Of a DNA stretch of 64,000 nt, positions 34,610 to 47,927 are shown one piece after another. The stretch is from positions 117,554,001-117,618,000 of the forward strand of contig CM059431.1 in the NCBI GenBank assembly GCA_030390025.1. The letters run 5' to 3'. The translations under genes and the position numbers were made by a program. Position 1 is the stretch's first letter, and every line of letters begins with the position of its first letter. The DNA comes from Squalus acanthias. Its lineage: Eukaryota. The notes beneath the pieces were generated by a model. It ran no database searches, was not told the origin of the DNA, and worked only from the letters and a program-made list of their open reading frames with translations.

Positions 34610-37152
34610 GGGCTGGATTTTACCAACCTTGGCGAGTCCGTGGCAGGCGACGTCGGTGGTGGGTCCCGACCCCACTGCTGGCTCTAGCCCACTGTCCAAA
34701 ACGATTTTCCCCTGATTGGCCTTGTTAGCCTGCCCAGCGCGTTTGCCGACAATTGAAGGAAGCGGGTCTGATGACGTCATTTGATGACGCGTCATCAGCT
34801 GGTTTCCTTAAAGGGACAATGTGCAAATTTACTTTGACAGTTGTGCTGTCAGTGTTTTACAGCATTGAGGTGCTGCAAACACTGACAAGCACTGCACAGA
34901 GGTGCATGGCTGCACTCAGGCTCTCCCATATGCTTATGGAGGGAGTCACAGCACACAGGGAGGTTCTCGTCCCTTCCAATGGGCAGAAGAGAGCTCCCCA
35001 GGATACCAACGCAGCCTGGTTGCACATTGCACAGGAGGTCACAAGCAGGGATGTCGTCAGGAGGACCAGGCTGCAGTGGTGCAAACCTTTCAATGATCTC
35101 AGTAGATCACGAAACATTACTGCAAAGCCACACTTAGCCTCATCCTGCTGTGCCACTCATCACATCCCCATCACTCTGCCTTCCCTACCCCACTCCTGCA
35201 CATCCATACTTACACCAACTTACCTTGCACCTACACCCATCCCACTCTATCTACATTATCACTTCCCATCTCACTAGCCACCCCTCACACTCACCCTCAT
35301 CCTAGTTCAATCATAACAAGGGCAGGCACTTGGGTGTTTTATGCAATGTTCATGTAAAGTTTCTGTTAATGTGCTGTCAAATATTGAAATCTTTATTTTC
35401 AACACATGGGCGCGATCTTGCCAGCCCTGGGGAAGCGGGTATGGAGGCGGGACTGCTGGGAAAATGGCAGAATCTGGGGGCGGGTGCCATCTTGCCTGAG
35501 GCGGGTAGCCGACCCGCGCCGGGAACATCTCCTTGGACGCGGGAATGGGATTAGTGACACTTATCTGCCTGTTAACAGGTAGTTAACAGGCAGATAAGAA
35601 GATTATCCTCATTTTACCCACACAAGTGCGCACTTCCCGAAAGCTGCGAACGCTGCCAGGGTCACCGAGGCGAGCAGTAGGTCTGCGGAGGTTGGAGGGG
35701 TGCAAAAGTGCGCTGTGAAGGTAAGTGATGGGTGCAAGTGTGGAGAGGTGAGTATGTGAGGTGAGTAGAAAGTGTTAGAAAAAGTTTACTTAACTTTGTT
35801 TCTTCCTGCAGGCTTCAATCGGTGGGTATGCGGAGAGTCTCGCACCTCCGCGGCAGAGATGACAGATGGCTGTTGCATTCTCCAATGCAGCAACCATCTA
35901 ATTTCTGCTAAAGAAAGAGGTTTGATGAGTCTTGAATTCAAGAACTCATTAAACTACGTAGAATGTCAGTGTTTGACAGCTTCACACAGCTGTCAAACGA
36001 TGACAATTCATCTGTCAAAAATTTTTGACAGATGAAACGTCATACGCTGACGTTCTCTGTAACTGGCTTTCCCTTAATTGGCCTGCTAAGCCTGCTGGGC
36101 AGGCTTAACAAGGCCAATCAAGGGAAAATAGCGTGGGTTGGCCAGAAGTCAATGGAGGCGGGACTAAAACCCTGCCTCCAAAGGCTCCCCATTGGCAAAA
36201 TCCAGCCCTTTGTGTTCTTGGACAGATTTGTGTGATCTTTGGAAATGGCTTAGTGAGTTGCAGTGAATAGTGAGACATAACGGTACCCCCCGCAATGGTC
36301 ATGAGTATGAAACAAATGGTTCGGGCATTGTAGGGATGCTTTATGGTGCCGGTGTGGGGTGGTGCCAACCTGGCGCATCATGTGGCAGCCAGGGTGTACA
36401 GCGTCAAGTGAAGTAAATGTGACCATGGTGAGGCCATCCCTGCCATCCTGTGGTTGGGTGCTGATGCCCTGTGCAGCATCAGTTGATTGTGGAGAAGGTT
36501 GGTGTTGTTGGTACTGCTGGTGTGCCTGGTGCTGCTGGTGTTGGGGCTGATCGTGGTCGGATTCTGAGGACCAAGCTGAGATAGTTTCAAGGGCACTAAT
36601 GTTGATGTACTAGATGGCAGGTGAACATGAGATGACAGAAGCAATCTTTCAATGATGAGAGAGGTTGTTCCAATGAGGTGACACTGGATAGAGAGTTTGC
36701 TCCAAACAGTTGCAACCTGCATAAAGCTCAATTTGTCTTCCAAATGCAGTAAGCAACAGCTTCTGACTTTGGAAAGTGAACACCTCTGAGATGGGAGCTT
36801 TTATATCACATTTGCAGCTGTCAAGTAAAGAGATCATTTCATGATGTCACAACTCCCAACCTCCTTACCTGATGTGATCCCCGAGCAACGTGGAACCTGT
36901 GGGCAACCCCTCGTAAAATGTAAAGGTGAGCTGAAAATACATCTTAATGGGCTGTTAACAAGGTCATAATGAGCTAAATTGCCTCCCCCACCTCTGCATG
37001 TCAGGTCTGTTGTGCGCTGACACACCCGACATCTGGGAAAGGCACGTGGCAGCAGGTTGACGGCGGGGTCCTGACCCGTTGCCAAAGAATTTTTTTCCCC
37101 ACCTGACCCCGCACCGAACACGCCACTGACCCCCTCGAAAAATTGCCCCCCC
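34610..37152 (+). mobile_element. Non-autonomous Harbinger carrying a Myb exon-1 remnant
   Basis: ATG TSD; GGGCTGGATTTT...AAAATTGCCCCC; AAWLHIAQEVTSR...FNDL at about 34900-35110. Confidence 0.75.
35408..36208. mobile_element. Nested Harbinger-type MITE
   Basis: GGGCGCGATCTTGCCA...TGGCAAAATCCAGCCC; related copies at 14364, 31393 and 55259. Confidence 0.8.
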
Positions 37153-38224
37153 ATGGTCACTTGCTGATAGTTTGGGTGGGTTTCAAGTTGGGCACATGCA
37201 ACCATCAGTTCCCCCTGTACCTTGCAAAAGGTAGCAGACATTGGACAGTCATATCATGACATCCATTGAGACTGATGATGTTGACTGATGATTCGCTCAC
37301 CTTTTTATTACGAGTGCATAGGTTATTACTTTGCATCAATAATAATACTAACTGCAAATGCTGGAAATCTGATTTAAAAAAAAAAGAAAATGCTGGAATT
37401 ACACAGCAGGTCTGTCCGCATCTGTAAAGAGAAAAAAAAACAAGTTAAACATTTAGGCACATTCGAAAGGGAAAACTTCCTTTAAAACCTCAAATTGTAA
37501 GAGATTCATCTCCAGTTTAGCCCTGGTACGAAGCTTAAGGATGTGATTCTTGTCGAGCGCTGCTTGCCATTGGAACCCAGAGCCATTATTGTAGCTTATA
37601 GAAGGCAATTTAAACCTGGATAAATTTGGAGCATAAAATCTGAAGACAAAGTTCAGCATATTTTGGGTCTGTTACAAACTCCAGTTGCCAGTATGAATTA
37701 ATTAGGCAGATGACCTAAATATCTTGAAAAAAAATGCAGTCTCACAAATTGTTCTACAGCAATTCATCTACTTATCATTGAATATTAGTTAATAGTTAAA
37801 ATTAACAGGTAATCCCCATAAGTAATGTAGGTCAAACAAATGCAGCACTACAGGATGGGTGGTAATTGCTGTAAAATTATATTTGTTTTCATGTCATGTT
37901 ATATGTGATTTCCCCTCTATTCATTCAGGCATGCATGGCCCTGATTTTAAATCAAGGCAGGTTCTGGGCTATCTATAACTCTGGGCCTCATTTAAATCCT
38001 GCCTGCCAGCACCCCAACCATTCCAGGTAGGAAGCATTGGAAAACTGCGCCGTCGGGAGGCTGCCTGCCTTCACCAGATAGGGGCCGTCTCACGGGGGTC
38101 ACATGATCAGAAACGGGGGGGGGGGCGAGTCTACGGCAGTTAAAATGAAAAAACTTACCTGTTTGGGCCTCTTCCGGCCCAGATCCTCTTCCCCGATGAC
38201 TTCACCTGGCAAGCGAGACACTGT

Positions 38225-40733
38225 GGGGGCGATTTTCTGACGTTGGAGGAGGCGGGTTTGGAGGCGGGAAAGGCGGGAAAATCAGATTCAAAGAGGTCGG
38301 GTTCAGAACCCACCTCCAACCCGCCTCTGCGGGATTTTGCCGGTGCCGGTTTTGGAGGTCGGGAAACGCTCCCGCCTCCAGCTGGCCATTGCGCTATTTA
38401 ACATCCTTAAATGCTCGTTAAGGGCCTCTCTAATCCTATTTTGAGAGTCCCTCGTGATTTTTCCAGCATTTCGGCATGCTCCACGCAACTCCTGAACCAC
38501 GCCAGGTAAACCTGGTGGGTTGACTCGTAGGTGGTCTCCTCACCGCTGCAGGTCTAACAAGACATCATTTATTGCAGCAAGGATTACTTGCAGGTGCCAG
38601 ACCTTGGCTTTAAAAGGTCTCTGAGCACTTTTAGAAGGCCTTCCGAAGTCGGAGGTGCTGCAGCTTGACTCCATCAACTGTGGAACCTCCTTGGAAGACC
38701 CTCTTCCCGCTTGCAATGTGCGCTTCACCAAAGGAGTCATCTACAAGCAACATGGGAACCATTCGTTTTCTTTCTGCATGGACCTCAGATGAGGATGAGC
38801 ACCATCCAGGGCAGCAGCAGAACCAGGTCGCTCAGCAGCAACATCGGCAGGAGCCCCAACCTCCTGCTTAGCCACCTGATGTTGCACAGGGCAGAAGGCA
38901 CCAGCGCATCGAGGCACCTCGCCGCAGGAGATACCCCCGACAGAGGATTTACAGACAAAGGATGAGCTACCTCAACATGAGTGAGCAGCAGTGCCAAAGG
39001 AGGCTGAGACTTTCGCGAGAGGTTGTCCGCGAAATCTGCGGACTGCTGCAGCAAGCCCTGGTGCCCAGAGGAACGGGTGGACATCCCTTACCAGTGGTTA
39101 TCAAAGTCACCACTGCACTCAACTTCTTTGCCTCAGGCTGCTTCCAGAGATCATCAGCAGACTTCTGCGGCATCTCCCATTTGGCCGCCCACAGTTGCAT
39201 CACGCAGGTTACTGATGCCCTTTTTGCTAAGGCCCGCAATTACATCCAGTTCACAAGGGATCAAGCAAGTATAACCGCCCGTTCGGTTGGCTTTTCAAAT
39301 ATGGCAGGCATACCAATGGTGCAGGGCGTCATAGACTGGACACATGTGGCCCTTAGGGCACCCCATCACAACCCAGCTATCTTTGTCAACTGAAAGGGCT
39401 TCCATTCCCTCAACGTACAGCTGGTGTGTAACCACAAGAAGGAGATTTTGCATGTTTGCACCAAGTTCTGTGGTAGTTGCCATGACTCTTTCATCCTGCG
39501 GAACTCTAGTGTTCCTCCGCTTTTCAATCCACCAAACCAACTTAACGGATGGCTCCTTGGTGACAAAGGCTACCCCCTGAAGAAGTGGCTAATGACGCCA
39601 ATCAGGAGGCCAGCTAATGAGGCTGAGGAGCGCTAGAATGCCAGCCACACATCGACCAGGTCCATCATAGAGCAAACCATTGGTTTGTTGAAGATGCGTT
39701 TCCATTGCCTTGACCGATCAGGTGCAGCCCTGCAGTATACACCATACAGGGTCTCCAGAATGGTTGTGGTCTGCTGTACACTGCACAACATCGCACAGCA
39801 TCGTGGCTTGCAGCTTCATGATGAGCAAGCGGCTCAGTTCCAACCCTCCTCAGATGAGGATGAGGAGGAGGAGGAGGAGGAGGAGGAGGAGGCGGCTGAG
39901 GAGGAGGAGGGGAATCTGGAGGAGGAGCAGGAGGAGGAGCAGGAGGAGGTCAGAGCGCCGGTGTATCGACCAGCGGCAGCGGCAGCACGCGAGCACATGG
40001 CTGCCCGGGATGCAAGGGATGAACTTATCATGGCCAGATTTGCATAGGTTGCCCAAGTTGGCACATGTCGTTGGCTCCATCCTAGGACATCATTGACAAT
40101 GGACATGACTCTCTGGCCTCCTTTTACTCAGGCCACCAACCTGACAACGCAAATGTGGCGGAGCCCGCAATGTGGAGCTGCCTAAGGCGAAAGAACAGAT
40201 GGCATAACGCCAACATTTTGGCTTCAAATCATTTTAATGCTTTCAACAGGGATGGCATTTCATCAATACACAGAAACAGTCTCCCAATCTGCACACAGAT
40301 CTGGAGGTTATATCCCTTGCCAGCTGTATCCACACAGCCTTGGTTTCTTTGGCACGCCTCTTCCTCCCAGATGAGTGGAAGAGCACCTCCATGCTAGCTG
40401 TCATCCCCTCAAACAACATTTGCAGCACCTCATCCGAGAGCCTCGGAGAGTCCCTTGCCTTGGAATTGGACATACTGGTTTCTCAAAAGATGTTGGAGGT
40501 GGTGCAGGAGACACAGAAATCCTGTGGAATGAGCCAAGGGAGCAAGAAGCCACAAAATCAGACTGGAAAAGTGCTGTCAACAGAGGCGAGTTTCAGTCCC
40601 AAAACACTAATTGACCAAGGGCACCCCACACCTCTGAAATCAAATGGACAATCATGGGAAAATCGCAAATTTTTGAAACCCAGCCAAACTGAAACCTGCC
40701 TCCATCTCGCTTCCAGTGGGAAAATCGCCCCCC
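38225..40733 (+). mobile_element. Harbinger transposon nested in an older MITE (about 37937-40952)
   Basis: TIR GGGGGCGATTTT / AAAATCGCCCCC, TGT TSD; transposase plus truncated Myb gene (40473-about 40270, minus). Confidence 0.88.
38752..40047 (+). pseudogene. Harbinger transposase, one frame with three nonsense codons (38871, 39393, 39636)
   Basis: Catalytic motifs IDWTH, GDKGY, IEQTIG retained; poly-Glu C-terminus from a (GAG)n repeat. Confidence 0.92.
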
Positions 40734-43700
40734 TGTGGTTTCCTGCTCAGGCCACCTAGTTAAAATTGCAGTCAGGTCTCTATGATGTCATCGGGTCCCA
40801 ACATGCATATGTTAAAAAGGACACATGGGTGGGAGTCCTTGGAACTTGCTCAGTAGAGCAGGTTAAAATTGGGAACTGTCAGCTCCTCACGGCTTCAGGG
40901 CGCAGATGTAACCTGGCTATTATCACCAGGCCGGTAGGGTTAAATCACCGCAGACACATGCATGAATGGAGCATCAATTAAGGGCTGGATATTAGCTCAG
41001 AGTTGGGGAGGGAGCGGCGGGGGAGGGGGGTGGGCTTGGGTGCTTTATCAATGTCGGGAAACCTGGAAATATGGGTTTCCTGAACATCTTGAAATGTTTT
41101 GCTGTAGGTTTCCTACCCACAGCCAGCCTGATTGACAGGCTCGAGGCCTGTTGGGCGGGACATCCTGCAGCACAAGGCTGCAGCCGAGCTCTGCTGAGAG
41201 CAGGGAGGTCTAGTGGGGGGTGAAAGAGACCGTGGTGAGAGGTGGTGGTCGGGGGCGGGGGTGGGTCCGATTTTCTGAGGTTGGGGAAAACCCGCCGCCT
41301 GTGATTAAAATTAGAATCACTGTTACAATGAAGGCACGCATCCTCATTAATATATTTAAGTGACCAACCCACCTCCTGCGAGCGGATTGGTCGCCCGCCC
41401 CTCGTCCCACCTCCGTTAAAACCGGAAGTGGGCAGGTTCAAGGCCTGTTGGGTTCCTGTTTCATATTTTTAGCTTTTAAACCTTCCACCTGAACCAAAAC
41501 CACCTGTTTTGAGGGGTTGAAAATTTCTGCCTATATTTCTCATATTATTTCAAGTCACAGAATAAATGGATTATTAGACTCACTTTCAGATAAACGTAGA
41601 ACCAACTTCAGCTTGACATTGCACCTTATCTTTGTATATGTTTTAAATGATCCAAATGTGGGGGTAATTGATAAAGCACCCAAGCCCACCCCCCTCCCCC
41701 ATGGGTTTGTGTGAGGGTGGGGGTGGGGTAAATCCTGGAAAAATGCAATCGCATCGGGAATCTGGCTCCAACCCGCCGACTTTCGCATTTCACTCCAGAG
41801 CGTTAGGCTGCGTGCGCACAACCCCTTCGGGACTGGAGGGCTGTCAGTTTAAATATGTTAATCGCTCAATTAGAGCGATATTGACGTGGGTTTTGCCGTT
41901 TAATTTTGGCTCCACGGGTTTCCTGGAACTCGCCAGTGAAAGCAAGGCGAGAAGACAGCAGCAATTGAGAGGGCTGGAGCCACGTCAAGGAAATATGCCA
42001 ATAAGTGCTCAGTACTCACAGCTGCTTTCTTACCTGCTTGTGCGAAGGGGTTTATTCACAATAGTTGTGCTGAAGGGTTACTTTACACACTTTGGAGGTC
42101 TCATCTGCACTTTGGAGGTTTGGTGGTCTGATCTGCACTTTGGAGCTCCGATCTATTAGATCAGCATGGGTGCCGCATACGCTGTGTTATATTGGAGCTC
42201 AGATGAGGACCCAGATGACCAGCAGTAGCACCAACAGCAGCACCAGCAGCAGGATCAGCACCAGCGCCACCAGTAGCAGGAGCAGCATGGGCAGCCTGAT
42301 GCTCACAGACCTGCAGCCCCACAGGAGAGAGGGCAGCAGGAGAGAGGTGCAGCTCGCAGAAGGTCTTACCCAGCACACAGGGTCTACAGGCAGAGGATAA
42401 GCTTCCTCGACATGTCAGAACATGTCTGAGGAGGCTCAGGTGTCACGTCAGGTGGTGACAGACATTTGCAGCCTGCTGGAACAAGACCTGCTGCCAACTG
42501 GAGCTGGTGGCCACGCTTTACCAATGGCTGTCAAAGTCACCACCGCCCTCAACGTTTTTGCCTTTGGATCCTTACAGGGCTCTGCCAGAGAAATTTCAGG
42601 ATCTCGCAGTCAGCGGGGCACAAATGCATAAGACAGGTGACTGATGGCTTCTTTGCCAGTGCCACCAATTATGTCAACTTTACCTGCAATTAAGCCAGTC
42701 AGAGTGAGTGGGTGCTCGGATTTGTGGCTCTGGCTGGCTTCCCTCAGATGCAAGGTGCCATCAACTGCATGCATGTGGCAATTAAGGTACCCATAGATCA
42801 CCGAGGAGTGTTTGTCAAATGTAAGGGCTTCCACTCCATCAATGTGCAGCTGGTGGGCAACCACAAGAAAATCTTTATGCAGGTGTGCGCAAGATTCCCA
42901 GGCAGCTGCCATAATGCTTTTGTCCTGAGCCAGTCCACCCTCCCTGATTTCTTTGCACCTCGAAGCAGCTCGGAGACAAGGGATACGCACCTAAAACATG
43001 GCTGATGACACCTCTCAGAAACCCGAGGAATGAGGTCCAGGAGCGATACAATGAATGCATAAGACCACCAGATGTGCCAATGAACAAGCCATCAGCATGC
43101 TGAAGATGCGCTTCAGCTGCCTGGACAGATCTGCAGCTGCCCTTCAGTACGCACCAGCCAAGGTCTCCAGAATGGTCGTAGTTTGCACTCTGCACAACAT
43201 TGAGCAGCAACGAGATTTGGACCTGCAGGAGGAACACGGTGCAGAGCACAGCGATTCTTCAGACAATTCCAAGGAGGAGGAGGAGGAGGTTGAAGGTGAT
43301 GAGGGCAATGCACCAGCAGCGGCGCACATTGCTGCCCGGGGTGCCCTCATTATTGTGAGGTTTACTTAGTTGCCACCTGTGCACCCATCTGACAACTACC
43401 TGCAAACACCACTTTTGCACTCCCCCCCCACCCCCAATGCAATACAATGCAGTCCTGCAAACAACCAAACCTCCCTTTTACAGCCCCCATTGCTTGGCAT
43501 CAATTCATGTCATCCTATTCATCATCACACAATCGAAAAGGCCACTTGTCAGCCAGCAACCAAGAATGGGCAAGATGGGAAAGTGGTGCAAAACAATAAT
43601 ATTTATGTGGCTCAAATAAAAAACAGAAACTTACCAATCTAACAATGTGTAACGCGCCCATGTGCATACCCTTGTGCAACTACAAATCTTTACTCTTCCT

Positions 43701-43865
43701 TTTCCCAGCAATTTTACATCGAGCAATCCCAGTGGTGTCAGCAGAGGTAGAGGCAGGCTGCTGACATCCCTACTCCGGCTGTTGAGATGCTCTTGGGTTC
43801 TGGAGCACGTGAGGGCCCTGCAAAAGACTGCTCCACCCGCACCTGTGCAGGAGCAGACTCAGCCA

Positions 43866-44975
43866 TAAGAACATAAGAAATAGGAGCAGGAATAGGCCAG
43901 TTGGCCCCTCGAGCCTGCTCCACCATTCAATGAGATCATGGCTAATCTTGGGCTCAAAGCCCCTCCCTGCCCGCTCCCCATAATCCTTCACTCCCGAATC
44001 GTCTCTGAACTGCCTCCAATGCAAGTATATCCTTCTGTAGCACTTTCTCTTACTATTGTTCAGACCTCGAGAATGACGAATTAGCTTAACAATGACAGAC
44101 AAGGATGTGATCAATAAAATTGGTCTTTTAATCAGACTATAGTTCAAAATTCAAGTGTACAAGAAGCACCTTTGTCAATAAATTCAAAGAACTCCTAGCA
44201 ATAAATATGCCTGCAACTTATCAATTCAAAGTATATAAAAGTGCCCCTTGAATGATTCAAATGTACATAAAAGTACCCCCTTTAACAATATCTAAGCCCA
44301 TGTCCAACTTTCATACATACTCCTTCATTTCTGGGTGATCGATCAAAGGAAACTGTAAGTCGAAACATAAACTGGCCAGCTTTCTCATTTCAATCTTCCT
44401 CATGCTCTGTCTTCTGTGTTCTCCTTCTTATCTCTGAAAACTCCCGCCACTGGGTTATAAGGCCTCATTGATCGTAAATTACTCTCTGCCTCCCTTGGAT
44501 AGGTCTGTTCCACTCCAAATCTTCCCTAATTGGAGTTCCATCCACATGACACATTCCTGTTCCTGTGAGATGTATGTTCTTCCCTTCTTGTCCAGGTGGC
44601 CTCTCAAATAAAGAACACACACTGACCACCATTTTGTGTCTTCACAAACAAAGAGCACCTGCTGATTTCTTACATTTTGAATCCGTCCGTTATCATCTTA
44701 CAATTCATTCGCAATTTCGATCTCCACACGGTAGCAGCAGTTTTATTACACTTTTCAGAATCTTACACTTCCTTAAATAATGAGACCAAAACTGTACGCA
44801 GTACTCAAGGTGTGGTCTCACCAATACCCTGTACAGTTGTAGCAGGACTTCCCTGCTTTTATACTCCAACCCCCTTGCAATAAAGGCCAACATTCCATTT
44901 GCCTTTTTGATTACTTGCTGTACCTACATGCTAACTTTTTGTGTTTCATACACAAGGACCCCCAGGTCCCTCTGA
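43866..44975 (-). mobile_element. CR1 3' fragment interrupted by a solo LTR
   Basis: CATAAGAACATAAG tail; LVRPHLEYCVQFW. Confidence 0.85.
44036..44767. mobile_element. Solo LTR, 732 bp
   Basis: TGTAG...CTTACA termini; 4-bp TSD CTTC; the CR1 sequence resumes exactly after it. Confidence 0.85.
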
Positions 44976-46497
44976 ACTCAGGACACGAGGCTGCATGTGG
45001 GAGACTGACTGAGGGGAGGGGCAATGGGGGAGAAGTGGGAGCGCTTTAAGTCGAGTCCCCACTTCCATGTCCCCTTTCACCATCATCTCTCTCATGGCCC
45101 ACCCGCACTTCCCTGCTCGCATGGAGCTGCAGAACACTTTGCTGCAGATCAGTGAGGCGATGAAAGGCCAAGGTCAGGTTATCATTCATCCTATTTAAGG
45201 TGGCATTGGTAGTGTGCAAGCCTTTGGTGAAGGCCTGTATGCACTTATGTGATACACTTGATGCTCCATGCAGTTGGCTACTCTTTCCATGGAAGAAGAC
45301 ATCATCACAAAGGCCTGCAGCATCATGCCTCTCATGCTTGAGACAGACTCCGCTAATCTCTCTGCAATGGTGCACAGTGCAGCTGTAACACCTCCCAGTG
45401 CATCACACATTCTCTGCTGCTGCTCAAGGAGTATCCTGTGCATTGACAGCCCCCGAGGTACAGCATCTGCCTCCAGCTGAGCAGAGCTTGGAGATTCCTG
45501 AAACTCTGACACAGACTCTCCACTGCTGTCCCTGACTCTACCATCCTGCTCACTTGTGGAGAACGAGTCACCATGTGGAAACGCAACTAACTTTCTAAGT
45601 TCTCCGACTGAAGTATGAGTATCTGAGCTGGTGCATGGTCTGCAAAAGTCCTGTGATGGTGCACCCTCAGAGAGAGTGAGTTTCTCTGAGGAGTCGGCGG
45701 AGGCAGCAGCGGCCTGGACCACCTCCTGTGGGAAGCGTGAAGACCCTGTCAAGGTAAGAATATTGGAAGTTATCATTATGCACATGATGATATTTCATTC
45801 GCTGTTGACGTCAAGTCAACATGACTGAGTGTTGTATGCCATGTGGCTATCTGATATTTAATTCTGTCACCAGGTTTCTGGTTGGCCCCCATCTCCCCAT
45901 CTCTGACAGCCAGACACGCCGAGACTCCGCTGATCCCTAGCGCCTCCTCCCCTGCAGCAGTTAGTTGTGAGATAGCTGGAGGGCCACCTCTTATACTCTT
46001 CCTCGTGTTCTGTTCTCTTTTCTCCTGCAAGGAGGGAAAGAAGAGACCTATGAGTGAGAGTAATGACATGTGTTGAATGGATGGATGAAGAGCATTTGTT
46101 GAGGGTGACTATTAGGAAGAGGCATGATATTGCATAAGGATGAGGGTGAGTGCCAGTGGTGGATGGACAGATGGGGGTGTGAGGAAGTGTAAGAACAGAG
46201 AGGGATTGGGTTACCTGGAAGGTAAGCTGGTGTGAGAAGTGATGTTCTGGTGTAGGCTTGAGAAAGCAGAGTGAGGGGTTGGGATGATACGCACATCAGA
46301 ATGTAGGTGAATGTGCCATTGCTCGCACCCTTCCTGACCTGCTTAGATCATTGAACTGCTTCCTGCATTGTATCCATGAGTGTGGCACCACGTTCCTGCT
46401 GCTGACCTCTTTGTGCCACCTCCAACCACGCCTTCTTGGTGTCCCCAGCCAGCTTCTTCTGGTTGCTAGGGAAATGTATCTCCCTCTGGGTCCTCAA

Positions 46498-46668
46498 CAA
46501 TCTTCCCTTTAATTTTTTTTTGGGTGCACAGCCCCTTTAACGGGTTGCGCGGCCCATTCAAATTTCCGCGCATGCGCGGTTTTTCCATTTAAAAGTCGAT
46601 CAGCTGGCTGCGCAGGATCTCCAGACCGCTGTGTGACTGCACGGCCGCGCTGCTTAACGGGAACATTG
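46498..46668. mobile_element. hAT-like MITE
   Basis: CAATCTTCCC...GGGAACATTG; TSD GTCCTCAA/GTCCTCAC. Confidence 0.75.
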
Positions 46669-47927
46669 GTCCTCACAGCTCCCACCAGCACATCCAGGGA
46701 GATCTACCTTCCATGGTTACACTTCTTTCTCTCTCCTTCCCACCTCCAACTGCTTCAACTTGCATATTTGGAGTGTCCCTTTAAATAGTGGAGTTGCAGT
46801 CGTGCAATGCGAGTCGTCGTCATGCCCGCTGACACTAATTGGTCAGGAAACCCAGAAATCATAAAACGCCACTGACAGACACGCTTCACATACTTCCAGA
46901 TTTCCCACGCATTATTGGGCCGCAACACTGCCAGCGCGTCTGCACATTAAAATTCAGCCCATAGAAACGACCTACCTCACACCAACATGGTCACAGCATT
47001 GCCAGCTGCTTACAGATCCATGTAGGAGAAGGTGCTGAGGATTTGGCTTCCAATCACATATCTTCTGGACTTCTCCCTTAATCCTGTCATATTGGGACAT
47101 AATACTGCAGACATGTAAGCAAAATTAAGTATTTCTATTACAACCAAGTAATTGCATTGTGTCTTGGGTCTTCCTAACAAGATTCTATTGGATTCTGGAT
47201 TGGAACGGTGACAAAAATGTACTTGTTTGCCTGATATTTCCAAAGGGAGCGTGGGCATTCCCAATCTCCCATCTAAATTATGGCAGAAGATCATCGGAAA
47301 CTTTGGAGAAACAGCAGAAATGGCCATTTATGTCATTTCTCTGAAGTGTCCACAAAAGTTTTGCCAATGTTATAATGGGAGATAAGGATTTCAGTCTGTG
47401 TTGAAGTTTGAACTTATTACTATAAAAAGTACAGACAATGTTAATTGTAGTTTTTTTTGTACGCTGCAATTTTCTCCCTATTTTAGAAGTGTAATGCTGG
47501 GAGGACTGCTCTAAGAATTGCTTCAGCTGTGCACAGCCCTTCATCGCCACATGCTATTTGTTGGCCATTTTTCCCTTGATTTTACACAGGTATAATTTCT
47601 CCTTGTCTGCCCGAAACACTTGGGCCGGAATTTTGCCTAACTGGGCGGGTCCGGTACGGCCGGTGTCCGTGGCAGGTCGCGACCCCGCTGCTGGCTCCAT
47701 CCCACTGCTGAAAATGAATTTACCTCACTGGGGCCTATTAGGTCCACCCAGCATGTTACCCGGCCCGATGAGATGTAGCGGGTCTGGTGACATCATTCAT
47801 GATGTGTTTTCAGCCGGGATCCTGAAAGGGACCATGGCTACATTACATACATAGAACATAGAACAGTACAGCACAGTACAGGCCCTTCGGCCCTCGATGT
47901 TGTGCCGAGCATTGTCCGAGACCAAGA

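Larger units (their letters stand above)
41660..46960 (+). mobile_element. Harbinger transposon with nested CR1, solo LTR and hAT MITE
   Basis: Transposase remnants 42166-43369; Myb/SANT gene remnants on minus (about 46720-43690); right end AAAATTCAGCCC. Confidence 0.82.

Noticed and set aside
37453..37659. Possible host exon
   Set aside because: Short ORF with no good donor site or recognisable domain.
38752..40047. Domesticated host HARBI1 gene
   Set aside because: Three nonsense codons, flanking TIRs/TSD and several paralogous copies indicate a transposon.
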